This document shows positions 20,395 to 30,244 of a DNA stretch of 64,000 bases, piece by piece. A program made the position numbers and the translations under genes. The notes below the pieces were generated by a model that saw only the letters and a list, made by a program, of their open reading frames with translations, was not told the origin of the DNA and did no database searches. This stretch comes from a bacterium (GTDB lineage: Bacteria > Orphanbacterota > Orphanbacteria > JBJXGV01), in assembly GCA_046160485.1 (NCBI GenBank), contig JBJXGV010000073.1:12076-76075 (forward strand). The letters are read 5' to 3'. Each line of letters starts with the position of its first letter. The stretch's first letter is position 1.

Positions 20395-21564
20395 ATGACG
20401 CACGACGACGACTTCAGCACACGGCGGTTTGCGACGCGCGCTATCCACGCCGGCCAGTCGCCCGACCCCACGACCGGCGCGATCATTCCGCCGATCTACC
20501 AAACATCGACATTCGTCCAGTCCGAGATCGGCGTTCACAAGGGATACGACTACTCGCGCGCGGGGAACCCGACGCGTACGGCGCTCGAGAAGAACGTGGC
20601 GTCGCTCGAGGGCGCGCGTCACGGCGCGGCGTTCGCGTCGGGCATGTCGGCGATCGACGGCATTCTTCGCTCCCTGCGCGCGGGCGATCACGTCGTCTCC
20701 GGCAACAATCTCTACGGCGGCTCGTTCCGGCTTTTCCGTCAGGTCCTCGAGAAGTTCGGTCTCGAATTCTCCTTCGTCAATACGTCGGATTTGGGGGAGA
20801 CGAAGCGCGCGATTCGTAAGAACACGCGCGTGCTCTTCATCGAAACGCCGACGAATCCGATGATGATTGTTTCCGACATCGCCGCGCTGGCGCAGATCGC
20901 ACGCGAAGCGGGGGTGCTGCTCGTCGTCGACAACACGTTTCTCTCGCCCTACTTTCAGCAGCCGATTGCGCTCGGCGCGGACGTCGTCGTCCACTCGTCG
21001 ACCAAGTATCTCGGCGGACACTCCGACATCATCGGCGGCTTCGTCGCGACCAACGACGATGCTATGGCCGAGCACCTCGCGTTCATTCAGAAGGCCGTCG
21101 GTGCCGTGCCCGCGCCATTCGACGCGTGGCTCATCCTGCGCGGCACGAAGACGCTCGCGGTTCGCATGAAGCAGCACGAGGAAAACGCGCGCGCGATCGT
21201 GGGATTCCTCGCGGAGAGCGGCCCCGCGCGGGGCGTACAGAAGGTGCTCTATCCGGGTCTGCCGGGCCACCCGGGTCACGAGATCGCGAAACGCCAAGCG
21301 ACGGGATTCGGCGCGATGATTTCGTTCGTCGTCGAGAGCCGCGCCCGCGCGGCGGAGATCATTGGCAGGATGCGCGTTTTCTCGCTGGCCGAGAGCCTCG
21401 GCGGCGTCGAAAGCCTCGTCTGCCATCCGGGAGAGATGACGCACGCCAGTGTCGCCGCGGCGGAACGCGAGCGAATCGGTATCTCCGATGGAATGATTCG
21501 CCTGTCGGTCGGCATCGAAGACAAGGAAGATCTGCTCGCCGATCTCGCGGAGTCCCTCAGCTAG
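20395..21564 (+). CDS. Cystathionine gamma-lyase / gamma-synthase family (Cys/Met metabolism PLP enzyme)
   Basis: Fold-type I motifs are present: NPTRTALE, the PLP-Lys context HSSTKYLGGHSD, and a C-terminal SLGGVESLV. Confidence 0.85.
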   Translation: MTHDDDFSTRRFATRAIHAGQSPDPTTGAIIPPIYQTSTFVQSEIGVHKGYDYSRAGNPTRTALEKNVASLEGARHGAAFASGMSAIDGILRSLRAGDHVVSGNNLYGGSFRLFRQVLEKFGLEFSFVNTSDLGETKRAIRKNTRVLFIETPTNPMMIVSDIAALAQIAREAGVLLVVDNTFLSPYFQQPIALGADVVVHSSTKYLGGHSDIIGGFVATNDDAMAEHLAFIQKAVGAVPAPFDAWLILRGTKTLAVRMKQHEENARAIVGFLAESGPARGVQKVLYPGLPGHPGHEIAKRQATGFGAMISFVVESRARAAEIIGRMRVFSLAESLGGVESLVCHPGEMTHASVAAAERERIGISDGMIRLSVGIEDKEDLLADLAESLS

Positions 21565-21648
21565 GAGGCGACGCTCACGCTCTCGCGCAAAACGCTCGCG
21601 ATTCTCTTCGCGCTCGCGCTCATCCCACGAATCGCTCTCCTCGCGGAG

Positions 21649-23784
21649 TTGAGGCAGAGCGATTACTTTTCGCACCCATCGGTCGACGAACAAGAGTACG
21701 AGGCATGGGCGGCGAAAATCGCCAGCGGCGATGTCGTGGGCTCCGGCGTGTTCTACGCGTCGCCGGTCTACCCGTACTTTCTCGGCGCGCTGTTCCGAAT
21801 TTTCGGCGAAGATCTCTTCATTCCGCGGGTCGTGCAGGTTGTCATTGGCGCGGCTCGCGCGCCGATCGCCGCCGCGTTTGCCGCCTTGTCATTCGGGCCC
21901 GCGATCGGTGTTGCGACGGGCGTCATCGTCGCGCTCTACCGGACGACGCTGTTCTACGACGTCTTCCTCCTCAAAGAATCGCTCGCGCTTTTCATTCAGG
22001 ACATCGCGCTCTTCGCGCTCGCGCTTGTGCTGTGGCGCGCACGTCGCCGCACCGCGTCGGCGGCCGGCGAGGTGTCGGTGCGCGCGCTCGTCCTGAGCGG
22101 CTTCCTCATGGGGCTTGCGGCTCTCGCGCGCGAGTATCTCGCGCCGCTGATCGCGTGCGGCGCGGCGATTCTCGCGCTGCACGTACGCGCACTCGAACGC
22201 GGCGCGCCTATGAGCGTGCCGGCGGAGAGGGCTACCTCCGGCCTCGCGAGTTGGCGCTCGCCGGCGCGCGCGGCCGCGCTCTTCGCCGCTGGCGCGGCGA
22301 TCGCGCTCTTTCCGGTCGCCATCCGCAACCTTGTCGTCGGCGGCGAATTCGTCCTCCTGTCGGCGCAAGGCGGGCAGAATCTCTATCTCGGCAACAGCCT
22401 CGCGAACCACACGGGGCTCGTGACGTTTCCGGCAAACGTCCGCTCTGACCCGATGACGCTCGAGCAGGATTTTCGCGCACTCGCGTCGCATCGCGTTGGG
22501 CGCGCGCTCGGCCCGACCGAGGCGTCGAACTACTGGCTGCGAGAGTCGCTGCGCGAGATGGGCTCTAATCCCACGCACGCGATCACGCTTCTCGCACGCA
22601 AGGCGCTTTTGTCGATCAGCGCTTTCGAGGTGCCCAACGTACTTTCCATCGGCTACTTCTCGCGCATCTCGCATTCGCTCGCGTGGAATCCTGTTCGCTT
22701 CGGCCTTCTGTTTCCACTCGCGGCGCTCGGCATTGCGGCGGCGCTTCGCGATCGCGAGAGGCGTTCGAGCGCGGCGCCCGCCCTCGCGGCGCTTGCCGTG
22801 GTCTTCTTCGCACTCGTCGCGTTTTACGTCTCCGATCGATACCGTCTGCCGGCTGTGATGCCGCTGGCGATGTTCGCTGCGATCGGCGCCGCGTCGATGT
22901 GGCGCGTCGTCGTCGCGGATCTCGCACGCGCGCCGCGACGAATCGGACGCGCCGCGATCTCCTGCGCCATCGTTGTCGCGTTCGCCGCTCTTTCGAGACT
23001 GCCGCTTCTCCCGGAGGGAAGCCGCGGCGAAGCGATGCCGCCCGCGAATCTCGGGAACTCGCTCGCGAAGGAGGGGCGATACGAAGAAGCGATCGCCCGC
23101 TACAACGAGGCGTTCGCAATCGAGCCCGACACCGACTTCGCGCTCTACGGAATCGCGGTCGTTTACGGCGATCTCGGCCGCCACGCGGAAGCCGTCGACG
23201 CCTTTCGGAAATACATCGCGAAGAATCCCTACAGCGCGCAGGCGTACTACAGTCTTGGCAACACCTACTTCGAGATGGGACGGCCGGACACGGCGCTCAT
23301 GGCGTTCGAAGCCGCGGTGCGGCTCGAACCGTATTACGCGGAAGCGCATTTCAACATGGGCGCCGTACGCCACGGCCTCGGTGAGCTTGGCGGCGCAATC
23401 GATGCGTACGAGGCGGCGACGCGCGCGGCCCCCAATCTTTGGCGTGCGTGGAATAACCTGGGAGTTGCGCTGCTTGCCGTTGGGCGGCGCGAGGAGGGCG
23501 TCGCGGCGTTGGAGCGAGCACTCGCCGACACCGGGTACGTCGAGCCGCGAATGAATCTTGCGGATTGTGTACTGCGCGACGACGCCGCGCGCGCGTCCGA
23601 GCTTTATGGCTGGGTGCTTGCGCGCGAGAAAAATACCGACGCGTTGCTCGGCCTTGCGCGTGCTCGAGCGAGCCTCGGCGATGCCGCCGCCGCGCGAATG
23701 CACCTCGAACTCTTCTTGCGCGTCGCTCCGCCCGACGATGCGCGCCGCGCCGGGGCCGAGGATCTCCTTCGAACGCTCGGCTAG
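21649..23784 (+). CDS. GT-C glycosyltransferase family 39 (PMT/ArnT-like) membrane protein with C-terminal TPR repeats
   Basis: About 450 aa of multi-TM sequence with the PMT_2-like YPYFLGALF motif are followed by TPR repeats (AIEPDTDFALYGIAVVYGDLGRHAEAVDAFRKYIAKNPYSAQAYYSLGNTYF...). The ORF as tracked begins at TTG, and a hydrophobic in-frame stretch upstream suggests the true start may be non-canonical. Confidence 0.65.
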   Translation: MRQSDYFSHPSVDEQEYEAWAAKIASGDVVGSGVFYASPVYPYFLGALFRIFGEDLFIPRVVQVVIGAARAPIAAAFAALSFGPAIGVATGVIVALYRTTLFYDVFLLKESLALFIQDIALFALALVLWRARRRTASAAGEVSVRALVLSGFLMGLAALAREYLAPLIACGAAILALHVRALERGAPMSVPAERATSGLASWRSPARAAALFAAGAAIALFPVAIRNLVVGGEFVLLSAQGGQNLYLGNSLANHTGLVTFPANVRSDPMTLEQDFRALASHRVGRALGPTEASNYWLRESLREMGSNPTHAITLLARKALLSISAFEVPNVLSIGYFSRISHSLAWNPVRFGLLFPLAALGIAAALRDRERRSSAAPALAALAVVFFALVAFYVSDRYRLPAVMPLAMFAAIGAASMWRVVVADLARAPRRIGRAAISCAIVVAFAALSRLPLLPEGSRGEAMPPANLGNSLAKEGRYEEAIARYNEAFAIEPDTDFALYGIAVVYGDLGRHAEAVDAFRKYIAKNPYSAQAYYSLGNTYFEMGRPDTALMAFEAAVRLEPYYAEAHFNMGAVRHGLGELGGAIDAYEAATRAAPNLWRAWNNLGVALLAVGRREEGVAALERALADTGYVEPRMNLADCVLRDDAARASELYGWVLAREKNTDALLGLARARASLGDAAAARMHLELFLRVAPPDDARRAGAEDLLRTLG

Positions 23785-26222
23785 CGCGACGCGCCGGCCG
23801 CGCCCGGCGCGAGAAACGCCAACCGTTGGCGTACAGCGTCGACGCCGGGTGAGAGCGCGAGCGCTTCGCGGTAGGCCGCCACCGCGTCATCGCGTCGGCC
23901 GCGGGCCTCGAGCGCGAGTCCGCGCGCGAAGTGAAGCTCCGCGTAGTGCGGGTACTTCGCCCGCGCGCGCGCGATGATCGATTCCGCGTCATCGAGGCGG
24001 CCCGCTTGAATCTCGATGAGTGCACGGCGAATCAACGCCTCGATCGCGTCGGGCGAGCGCGCGAGCACCGCGTCGTAAGTACGCGCCGCTTCGGCGTAGT
24101 CGCCCGCCGACTCGAATGCAGCCGCGCGCTGCGCCGCGGCGAAGCGTGCGTTGCGCGCGCCGATAACGATCGCGGAGCGCTCATCCGGGAAGACATCGCC
24201 CGCATCGCCGAGAAGCGCGGGATCAAAGATTTCCGAGTAGGGGAGCGCGATCGCGCTCGGCGGCAGCGCGCCGGAGGCCGGCGCGTCGAGTTCAACGCGA
24301 AACAATCGAAAGTACGAGTCTTGATAGACAGGCGTGAAGCGCGTCAATTGTTCGGGATGAAAGTGGAAAAGATACGCGGCGCACGATGTCGAGACGCGCA
24401 TCCGATCCGCCATATAGCGGTACGATTCCTTCGTGGTGTCGAGAAGCAGGTTCGCCTGATAGAGGAAGTACCGCGCGTTCCATTCCGCGCAGAGATTCCA
24501 CATCTCCTCCTCGGTGCCGTAGAGGGCAGCTCGCATGCGCCGTTCCTTTGCGCGCAGAGTGCTCGACTCGAACATCGAGTGAAGTGGAACCGGGTGCTCC
24601 GTGTCGGTGAGCACCATCGGGCCCGTCGGAAACCAGGTGAGAATCGCGTCGCGTTCCGGGATCTGCGATCGGACCCATGCAGCAAGCCGCGGATTCTCTC
24701 CCGGGTTCGTGACGGCCTCCGCGGGTCCCGTCCCAAAGCTCGACTCGACCCAGCGGCGCCACGGATTCTGATCTTGAAAGGCGCGCAGATACGCGATCTC
24801 GCAGTTTCCGAGTAGAGCCAGCGCGAGAAACGCGAAGCGTCGATGCCGCGGAGCCACGCTCTCCACCACGGCGGGTACGAGAATCGCGGCGAAAAAGACG
24901 AGAAAAACGATCATCCGCTCGACAAGAAGAAAACTCGCCGCAAAAAACAGCGCGAGGAGGAGCGCGAACACGCGCGGTGTGTCGATCTGGGTGCGCAGGA
25001 GTACGCGAGCGCCCGCGATGAGTGACGCCGGTCCCCACAACAACATCGTCGACAATGACAGCAGCGCGGTCGCTGCGTTCGGCGAGTTGAACGGGCCGAC
25101 CCAAAAGACGCGTGCCGCATCGGAGAGAAGCGCCGGGTTGTCGGGCTTAGCGCCGAGGAAGCGGAGTTTCGCGAGGATGAGCCCGGAGACGTGCGCGTAC
25201 TCGCCCTCGCCGCTTGGGAGAATGCGAGCCGCCGCCATCGCAACTCCGAACGCCGCGCATATCCATGCGGCGGAGACGACTCGCCCCGGACCACTCTTCC
25301 GCCAGAGCGCGAGCATGATCGCGAGCGCGGCAACCAGGATGAACCCTGTCGAGAGCAGGAACTTCTTCGCAAGCAGAACGGGGACCGCGACGCCGGAAAC
25401 GATGAGCACGAGCGATAACACCGTGAGCGTCCAGCGCAGCGCCGAGGCCTCCGCTGGCGTGCGGTCGGATTCGATCGTGGTGGGCGCGAGTCTCCGCGTT
25501 GCGATAAGCGTTGCCCAAAGTACGAGCGCGAATGCGAGCAGGTAAAATCGCGCAAGATGCCAGGTCGCAAGCCCGAGCGCGAGCGTTACGGCGGCGCCAA
25601 CCGCAAGGCCGCGGCTCCTTCGCCCGCCCCTCCACGCTGCGATGAAGAACGCGAACGACGCGAAGAGAAATGGCAGTGTGAAATCCTCGCGGACGAAATT
25701 CCAGATCGTCCTGCTGATCGATGCGGGTGACAGCGCGTAGGCGAGCGCGGCCACGAGCCCCGCTGCTGACGTTCGCCACAACGCGCGTGCGGCGAAGAAC
25801 GCGGCCGCGATCGAAAGACTGGACCACGCCGCGATGAATCCAGCGAGGTAGACGTGAAAAGGCGCGCCGCCGAGAAGCGGACGCAGTGCGCGGTACGAGA
25901 GTCCCGCGGCGTATTCCATCCCCATCGTGAACTCGCGAAGCGGAGCGACGCCTTCGGGCCATTGTGCGTCGCGATCGATTTCTGGGACAGCGACTCCCTG
26001 CGCGATCATTCGCGCGTAGCGATAGTGGAACGCCGACTCCGACCAGAAGATACCCGTGTCGTCTTGCGAAGCGAAGCGAGGGGATTCGAGGAAAGCTCGG
26101 TACTTGTAGGTCGTGCTCGCGAGAATGATCGCGAGGAGCGCGACGATGACGATAGGCCGGAGTTGCTGGTGTGTCGCCGCGCTCGCGCTCGCGGCGGCGT
26201 TGACATGGGGCGGCACCGTCAT
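23781..26222 (-). CDS. Large polytopic membrane protein (GT-C-like / DUF2723-TMTC-like) with C-terminal TPR repeats
   Basis: At 813 aa it has more than 12 predicted TM helices, a DDTGIFWSESAFHYRYARMIA motif region, and C-terminal TPRs (AGDYAEAARTYDAVLARSP...ELHFARGLALEARGRRDDAVAAYREAL). Confidence 0.55.
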   Translation of the reverse strand: MTVPPHVNAAASASAATHQQLRPIVIVALLAIILASTTYKYRAFLESPRFASQDDTGIFWSESAFHYRYARMIAQGVAVPEIDRDAQWPEGVAPLREFTMGMEYAAGLSYRALRPLLGGAPFHVYLAGFIAAWSSLSIAAAFFAARALWRTSAAGLVAALAYALSPASISRTIWNFVREDFTLPFLFASFAFFIAAWRGGRRSRGLAVGAAVTLALGLATWHLARFYLLAFALVLWATLIATRRLAPTTIESDRTPAEASALRWTLTVLSLVLIVSGVAVPVLLAKKFLLSTGFILVAALAIMLALWRKSGPGRVVSAAWICAAFGVAMAAARILPSGEGEYAHVSGLILAKLRFLGAKPDNPALLSDAARVFWVGPFNSPNAATALLSLSTMLLWGPASLIAGARVLLRTQIDTPRVFALLLALFFAASFLLVERMIVFLVFFAAILVPAVVESVAPRHRRFAFLALALLGNCEIAYLRAFQDQNPWRRWVESSFGTGPAEAVTNPGENPRLAAWVRSQIPERDAILTWFPTGPMVLTDTEHPVPLHSMFESSTLRAKERRMRAALYGTEEEMWNLCAEWNARYFLYQANLLLDTTKESYRYMADRMRVSTSCAAYLFHFHPEQLTRFTPVYQDSYFRLFRVELDAPASGALPPSAIALPYSEIFDPALLGDAGDVFPDERSAIVIGARNARFAAAQRAAAFESAGDYAEAARTYDAVLARSPDAIEALIRRALIEIQAGRLDDAESIIARARAKYPHYAELHFARGLALEARGRRDDAVAAYREALALSPGVDAVRQRLAFLAPGAAGASR

Positions 26223-26274
26223 GCGATGCGACTATACACGCTCGGGATGATGCCTTGTCTTCGAAGGGGCGGTG

Positions 26275-29200
26275 TTACTCGAGACCGTAGCGGGCGATCT
26301 TATTCTTCAGACCGCGGCGCGTAAGGCCGAGCGCGGCGGCGGCGCGGCACTTGTTCCCCTTGTGCGTGCGCAGCGCCTCCCGAACCAAGCGAGTCTCGAT
26401 CTCTTCGACGACATCCGCGAGCCGCTTGCCTCGGCCGCCGGAGACAAGGGTCTCGCTCACGGGATTGCCGACGGTTTCGTCGGAGAGGTCGCGCGCATCG
26501 ACGAGGGCGTCGGATGAATTGAGCGCGACCGCTCGTTCGACTTCATTCTCGAGGTCGCGAATGTTGCCAGGCCAATCGTGGCTCTCGATGCACTCCATCG
26601 CTTCGTCGGAGAAACGAATGCCGGACTTCTTCATCTTCGTTTGGAAGGTGTTGAGGAAATGCTCGACGAGCATCGGAATGTCTTCGCGGCGCTCGCGCAG
26701 CGCGGGCAACGCGATCGCGATGACGCGGAGGCGATAGTAGAGGTCCTTCAAGAACTCGCCCTTTTCGACTTGCCCGCGAAGCTCGCGATTGGCCGCGACT
26801 ATGATGCGGCAGTCGACCTTCTTCACTGTCGTCGAGCCGACAGGCTTGATCTCGCGGCGGTCGACAACCCGCAGCAGTCGTTCTTGGAAATTGCGGCTCG
26901 TCTTGTCGATCTCGTCGATGAAGACCGTGCCGCCGTTGGCGATCTCGAAGAGCCCGCGCTTCTCCGTACCCGCACCGGTGAATGCGTTCCGCGCGTGACC
27001 GAAGAGCTCGCTCTCGAGGATTGTCTCGGAGAGATCGGCGCAGTTGATCGTGACGAACGGCCCGTCGCTCCAGCGGCTGATCTCGTACGCAAGAAGCCCC
27101 TTGCCGGTGCCGGTCTCGCCCTGAAGCAGAATCGTCGACGATGCGCCGGCGACCTTCTTCAGCATTTCAAGGATGTCGAGCATCCGGCGACTGCGCGTGA
27201 CCACCGCAGCGAAGGGCGATTCCGCCGGCGCTTCGGTGCTGGCGAGTGCCGCGTCGTCCGACACCAGGAGTCCGCGAAGGATGGACCCCGCCGCAACCAC
27301 GAAATGAAGTTCGAGCCGGCCGAAAGGCAGCCGGTCGTCGCTGGCGCTCCGGTCGACGTACAACAGCCCGGCCCGGCGGCCCGCCTCCATGATTGGAACG
27401 ATGATGTACGAAAGAACGTCCGCTTCGCCGCCGGAGAACTCGCCGTAGGAGATAACGGCCTCGCCATTCTCCAGTCGCTCGCGATGGCGCTCGGCGATCG
27501 AGCGGCAAAGACCACGCGCAGTCGGAAGGGCGACACCGTGGAGTGCCCGGACGCTTAGGCGCATCCCGTCGGACGCGGCGACGAACGCGCGATCCGCGCG
27601 CGCCGACTCGACGACCAGCGCGAGGACACTGGAAAGATCGGCGCCCGTCGCATGCGCGGAACGCCGGAGGTTCAAGAACTCCAAGTCGAGAGACGCTGTG
27701 TTCTGTGCGGTTTCCGTCTCGAGTTGCCGGCGCAGCGCGTCAATCTCGCGCAGCGCGACGTCGTCCGCTACCTGCGCGTTTGCGCGTTCGGCTTCGCGGA
27801 GCAGGCTGAGCGCCTCGAGATTGTTATGAAGCGACATCTCGACGCGGGCGCGTTCGATGAGAACTCCGCCGGCTTCCTGCGCGAGTCCGAGTCCACGGAA
27901 GAGTGCTTCCGCGCGAATGAGGTGGTTGCGGGCATCTGATGCGGAGCACCAGAGGCCTTCGCGGACGCGGCCCGCTTCGCGGAGAGTGCGCGCGAGTTCG
28001 AGCGGCGCGCCGAGCCTTTCGGCGTGGTGAATCGCGCGCGTGAACGCTGAGCGCGCCCGGTTCTTCTCGCCGCGTGTATGGAAAACGATGCCCAGAACCC
28101 GCAACGCAGCGCCCGCGAGTCTCCGGTCCTCGGTTCGCGCGGCCGCGCCGTACGCACGGCGCGCGGTGTCGAACGCGTCGTCGAGTTGATTGCGATGAAT
28201 GAGAATTTCGGCGACGCGGCGCTGGACGTCGGCATCGTGATCGGTCGGGCCCGACGAGATACTGCGTGAAATGTCGAGCGCCTCCCGGAATCGCAGCATC
28301 GCTCCGTCAAAATCGCCGCGCGCGGCAGCCAGCGCACCCGCTTCCTCGACCGCGGCGGCGGACTCGCGGCGCGCGCCACCCTCGCGGGTCGATGCGATGG
28401 CTTCACGAACGAGTTGCTCTGCTCGGTAGAACGAGCGACACCACCGCTCGATTCGAGCAAGCCCGAGCGATGCCCGCGCGACGCCGATCGCATCGCCAAT
28501 GTTGCGACTCATTTTGAGGCTGCGGTCGAAGAGCGACCTGGCGCTTCCCCAGTCGCCGGTATGCGAGTAGACGATCCCCAGGTTCAAGCAACGACGCGCC
28601 GTCTGGGAGTAGTTGCCGAGCGATTCGTCGATCTCGGCCGCACGGCGCAAGCACGAGATCGCGGACTGCCACTGCCCGAGGTTGTTATACACGACGCCCA
28701 GGCTGTTGAGCGCTTTCGCGGCACCTGCTTGATCTTCCGTCCGGCGGTATGTCGCCAACCCATCTTGGAAGAAGTGCTCGGCATCGCGTAGCCGACCCTC
28801 GCGAAGATACACAGCACCCACGTTCAGTTGGAGAAACGCGACTTCGGATTGCTCGTTCGTGTTCTTGAGTTTCTCGAGCGCGAGAAGCCCATGCTCGAGC
28901 GCATCAGTATGCTCGCCGCGCTTGCGGTGGATCTGCGCGAGAAACGCGTGCGCGTGACCAGCGGCGAGAGGATCAACGCTCGACGCGGCGCGAGTCTCCG
29001 ACAGCGCGCGCGAGCCCGAAGAGAGTGCCCCGTCGAGGTCGCCGAGTCCGGCACGGGCGCGGCCCGTCTTGAGTTCGATGCCGGCACGGCGTGCCGGCTC
29101 GATTGCGGGCCAATCGGGATGTTCAAGGATGCTGGTGAACTGAGCAAGCGCAAGCGCGTAGCTCTCCGACGTGAGGAACAGATCCCCAACGCGTTCTAGG

Positions 29201-29292
29201 GAATCAATTGTCCCTTCTTCCCCAATTTGCCGGGGAATGTCGGCTACTCGCTGGACCTCGTCATGAGGCCCGTGATGATTGGGTCTTTCCAC
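26275..29292 (-). CDS. Sigma-54-dependent transcriptional activator (bEBP) with N-terminal TPR array, GAF domain, AAA+ sigma-54 interaction domain and Fis-type HTH
   Basis: It has Walker A GETGTGKG, the GAFTGA-type loop region ESELFGHARNAFTGA, the arginine finger region DLYYRLRVIAIALPALRERREDIP, and a C-terminal HTH (AAAALGLTRRGLKNKIARYGL). The N-terminal 450 aa are TPR-like. Confidence 0.85.
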   Translation of the reverse strand: MERPNHHGPHDEVQRVADIPRQIGEEGTIDSLERVGDLFLTSESYALALAQFTSILEHPDWPAIEPARRAGIELKTGRARAGLGDLDGALSSGSRALSETRAASSVDPLAAGHAHAFLAQIHRKRGEHTDALEHGLLALEKLKNTNEQSEVAFLQLNVGAVYLREGRLRDAEHFFQDGLATYRRTEDQAGAAKALNSLGVVYNNLGQWQSAISCLRRAAEIDESLGNYSQTARRCLNLGIVYSHTGDWGSARSLFDRSLKMSRNIGDAIGVARASLGLARIERWCRSFYRAEQLVREAIASTREGGARRESAAAVEEAGALAAARGDFDGAMLRFREALDISRSISSGPTDHDADVQRRVAEILIHRNQLDDAFDTARRAYGAAARTEDRRLAGAALRVLGIVFHTRGEKNRARSAFTRAIHHAERLGAPLELARTLREAGRVREGLWCSASDARNHLIRAEALFRGLGLAQEAGGVLIERARVEMSLHNNLEALSLLREAERANAQVADDVALREIDALRRQLETETAQNTASLDLEFLNLRRSAHATGADLSSVLALVVESARADRAFVAASDGMRLSVRALHGVALPTARGLCRSIAERHRERLENGEAVISYGEFSGGEADVLSYIIVPIMEAGRRAGLLYVDRSASDDRLPFGRLELHFVVAAGSILRGLLVSDDAALASTEAPAESPFAAVVTRSRRMLDILEMLKKVAGASSTILLQGETGTGKGLLAYEISRWSDGPFVTINCADLSETILESELFGHARNAFTGAGTEKRGLFEIANGGTVFIDEIDKTSRNFQERLLRVVDRREIKPVGSTTVKKVDCRIIVAANRELRGQVEKGEFLKDLYYRLRVIAIALPALRERREDIPMLVEHFLNTFQTKMKKSGIRFSDEAMECIESHDWPGNIRDLENEVERAVALNSSDALVDARDLSDETVGNPVSETLVSGGRGKRLADVVEEIETRLVREALRTHKGNKCRAAAALGLTRRGLKNKIARYGLE

Positions 29293-29393
29293 GTTCTCCG
29301 CGCTCCCGCTCCGCGGGCATGAGTAACGGACCCGTTTCGATTTTTTGCGCTACGCCCTGTTTCCCGCTCCAAGTCACCCAACACTAACGTGCG

Positions 29394-29666
29394 TTAGAAG
29401 CTGATTCTCCTGAGAAAGTCCTTGAGTAGGAACGACTCGATCCAACGCAGCGCACTGATCTCGGCCGCGTAGCGTTCCATCCCGGAGAGCTTCGACGCGC
29501 GGCTCTCTTTCGGGTTCTCAACAATGGCGTGTCCTCGCAAGTCGAGCCCAGTGGGATCGACGTCTCCGCCAGTCGGCGGCGCAGAGAACGCACTGTGAGT
29601 ACCAGCCCCGATAAAGAGCGATGTGATGGTGATGATGAGGAGCAGGGAGATGATCTTGCGGATCAT
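29394..29666 (-). CDS. Small secreted hypothetical protein (90 aa) in a lower-GC patch
   Basis: An N-terminal signal peptide (MIRKIISLLLIITITSLFIGAG) is present, with a strong RBS GGGAGGAGAA. It lies downstream of a consensus sigma-70 promoter. Confidence 0.5.
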   Translation of the reverse strand: MIRKIISLLLIITITSLFIGAGTHSAFSAPPTGGDVDPTGLDLRGHAIVENPKESRASKLSGMERYAAEISALRWIESFLLKDFLRRISF

Positions 29667-29734
29667 GATTTCTCCTCCCAGCTGAGTGGGGATGAATCAC
29701 TTGGGAAGTCATAGAACTTCCCAAAACGTGGGCG

Positions 29735-29764
29735 ATTATAGGCCGCTGCTCAGAAAAGTGTCAA
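29735..29764 (-). promoter_or_regulatory. Consensus sigma-70 promoter (TTGACA-N18-TATAAT) driving the small secreted protein gene
   Basis: The minus strand reads TTGACActtttctgagcagcggccTATAAT. The predicted transcript begins with a perfect 9-bp hairpin UUGGGAAGU-ucuaug-ACUUCCCAA (29699..29722). Confidence 0.45.
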
Positions 29765-30012
29765 GGAAGCGTTTACGCAACGGTCTTGTGTTTGGCCCAT
29801 TCTGCTAATCGGCATTCAATTCCTTGTACTGAAGCATCTAACGGATTCGCGAACGCCACGGCCCAGTCGGAAATCGAACCGGGGTGGATCGTGTTCCCCG
29901 ATCCACCCCGGCCCCGTCAGGAATCGCGCATGCGTCCCGACGTGCAAACTTGTAACGAGCAGCTATAGGTGTCCTTTCTGTGCCTTCCGGCTTATCCCAA
30001 GCATGATAGTCG

Positions 30013-30195
30013 TTAAGCCTTAAGCGCGACTGGCTTCCTTGCCGGTACGACGCTCGGGATTTCGCGGAAAGGGAAGTCCTCAGGCATGTCGTCCACAGCC
30101 TCTTCCCAACCCCGGTTGACTCCGCAGAAACGGGCGACGACCACGGCAAGGATCACGTAGGCCAAGACGAGCGCGAATGCTACAACGTACATCAT
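30013..30195 (-). CDS. Small single-pass membrane protein (60 aa), paralogous to 38769..38990
   Basis: The sequence MMYVVAFALVLAYVILAVVVARFCGVNRGWEEAVDDMPEDF aligns with the 73-aa protein at 38769..38990 (VIALVYLAIALVVARMCSINSRWEDLVDRIP). A strong RBS GGAGGGAGG precedes it. Confidence 0.5.
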   Translation of the reverse strand: MMYVVAFALVLAYVILAVVVARFCGVNRGWEEAVDDMPEDFPFREIPSVVPARKPVALKA

Positions 30196-30244
30196 GTAAG
30201 TTCACCTCCCTCCAATTGGTAGCCCGTTCTATGCCATGTGGTAT

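Noticed and set aside
21562-21564. TAG stop of the cystathionine gamma-lyase gene is in frame with the downstream GT39 ORF, which could suggest read-through or pyrrolysine
   Set aside because: There is no evidence for a Pyl system, and the two products are unrelated membrane and cytosolic proteins. A simple tandem arrangement is more parsimonious. It is retained only as a start-site ambiguity.
22973-23554. ORFs such as 22973..23554 and 23351..24025 inside the GT39/TPR genes
   Set aside because: They are alternate-frame ORFs with R/S/T-rich low-complexity translations inside well-supported genes.
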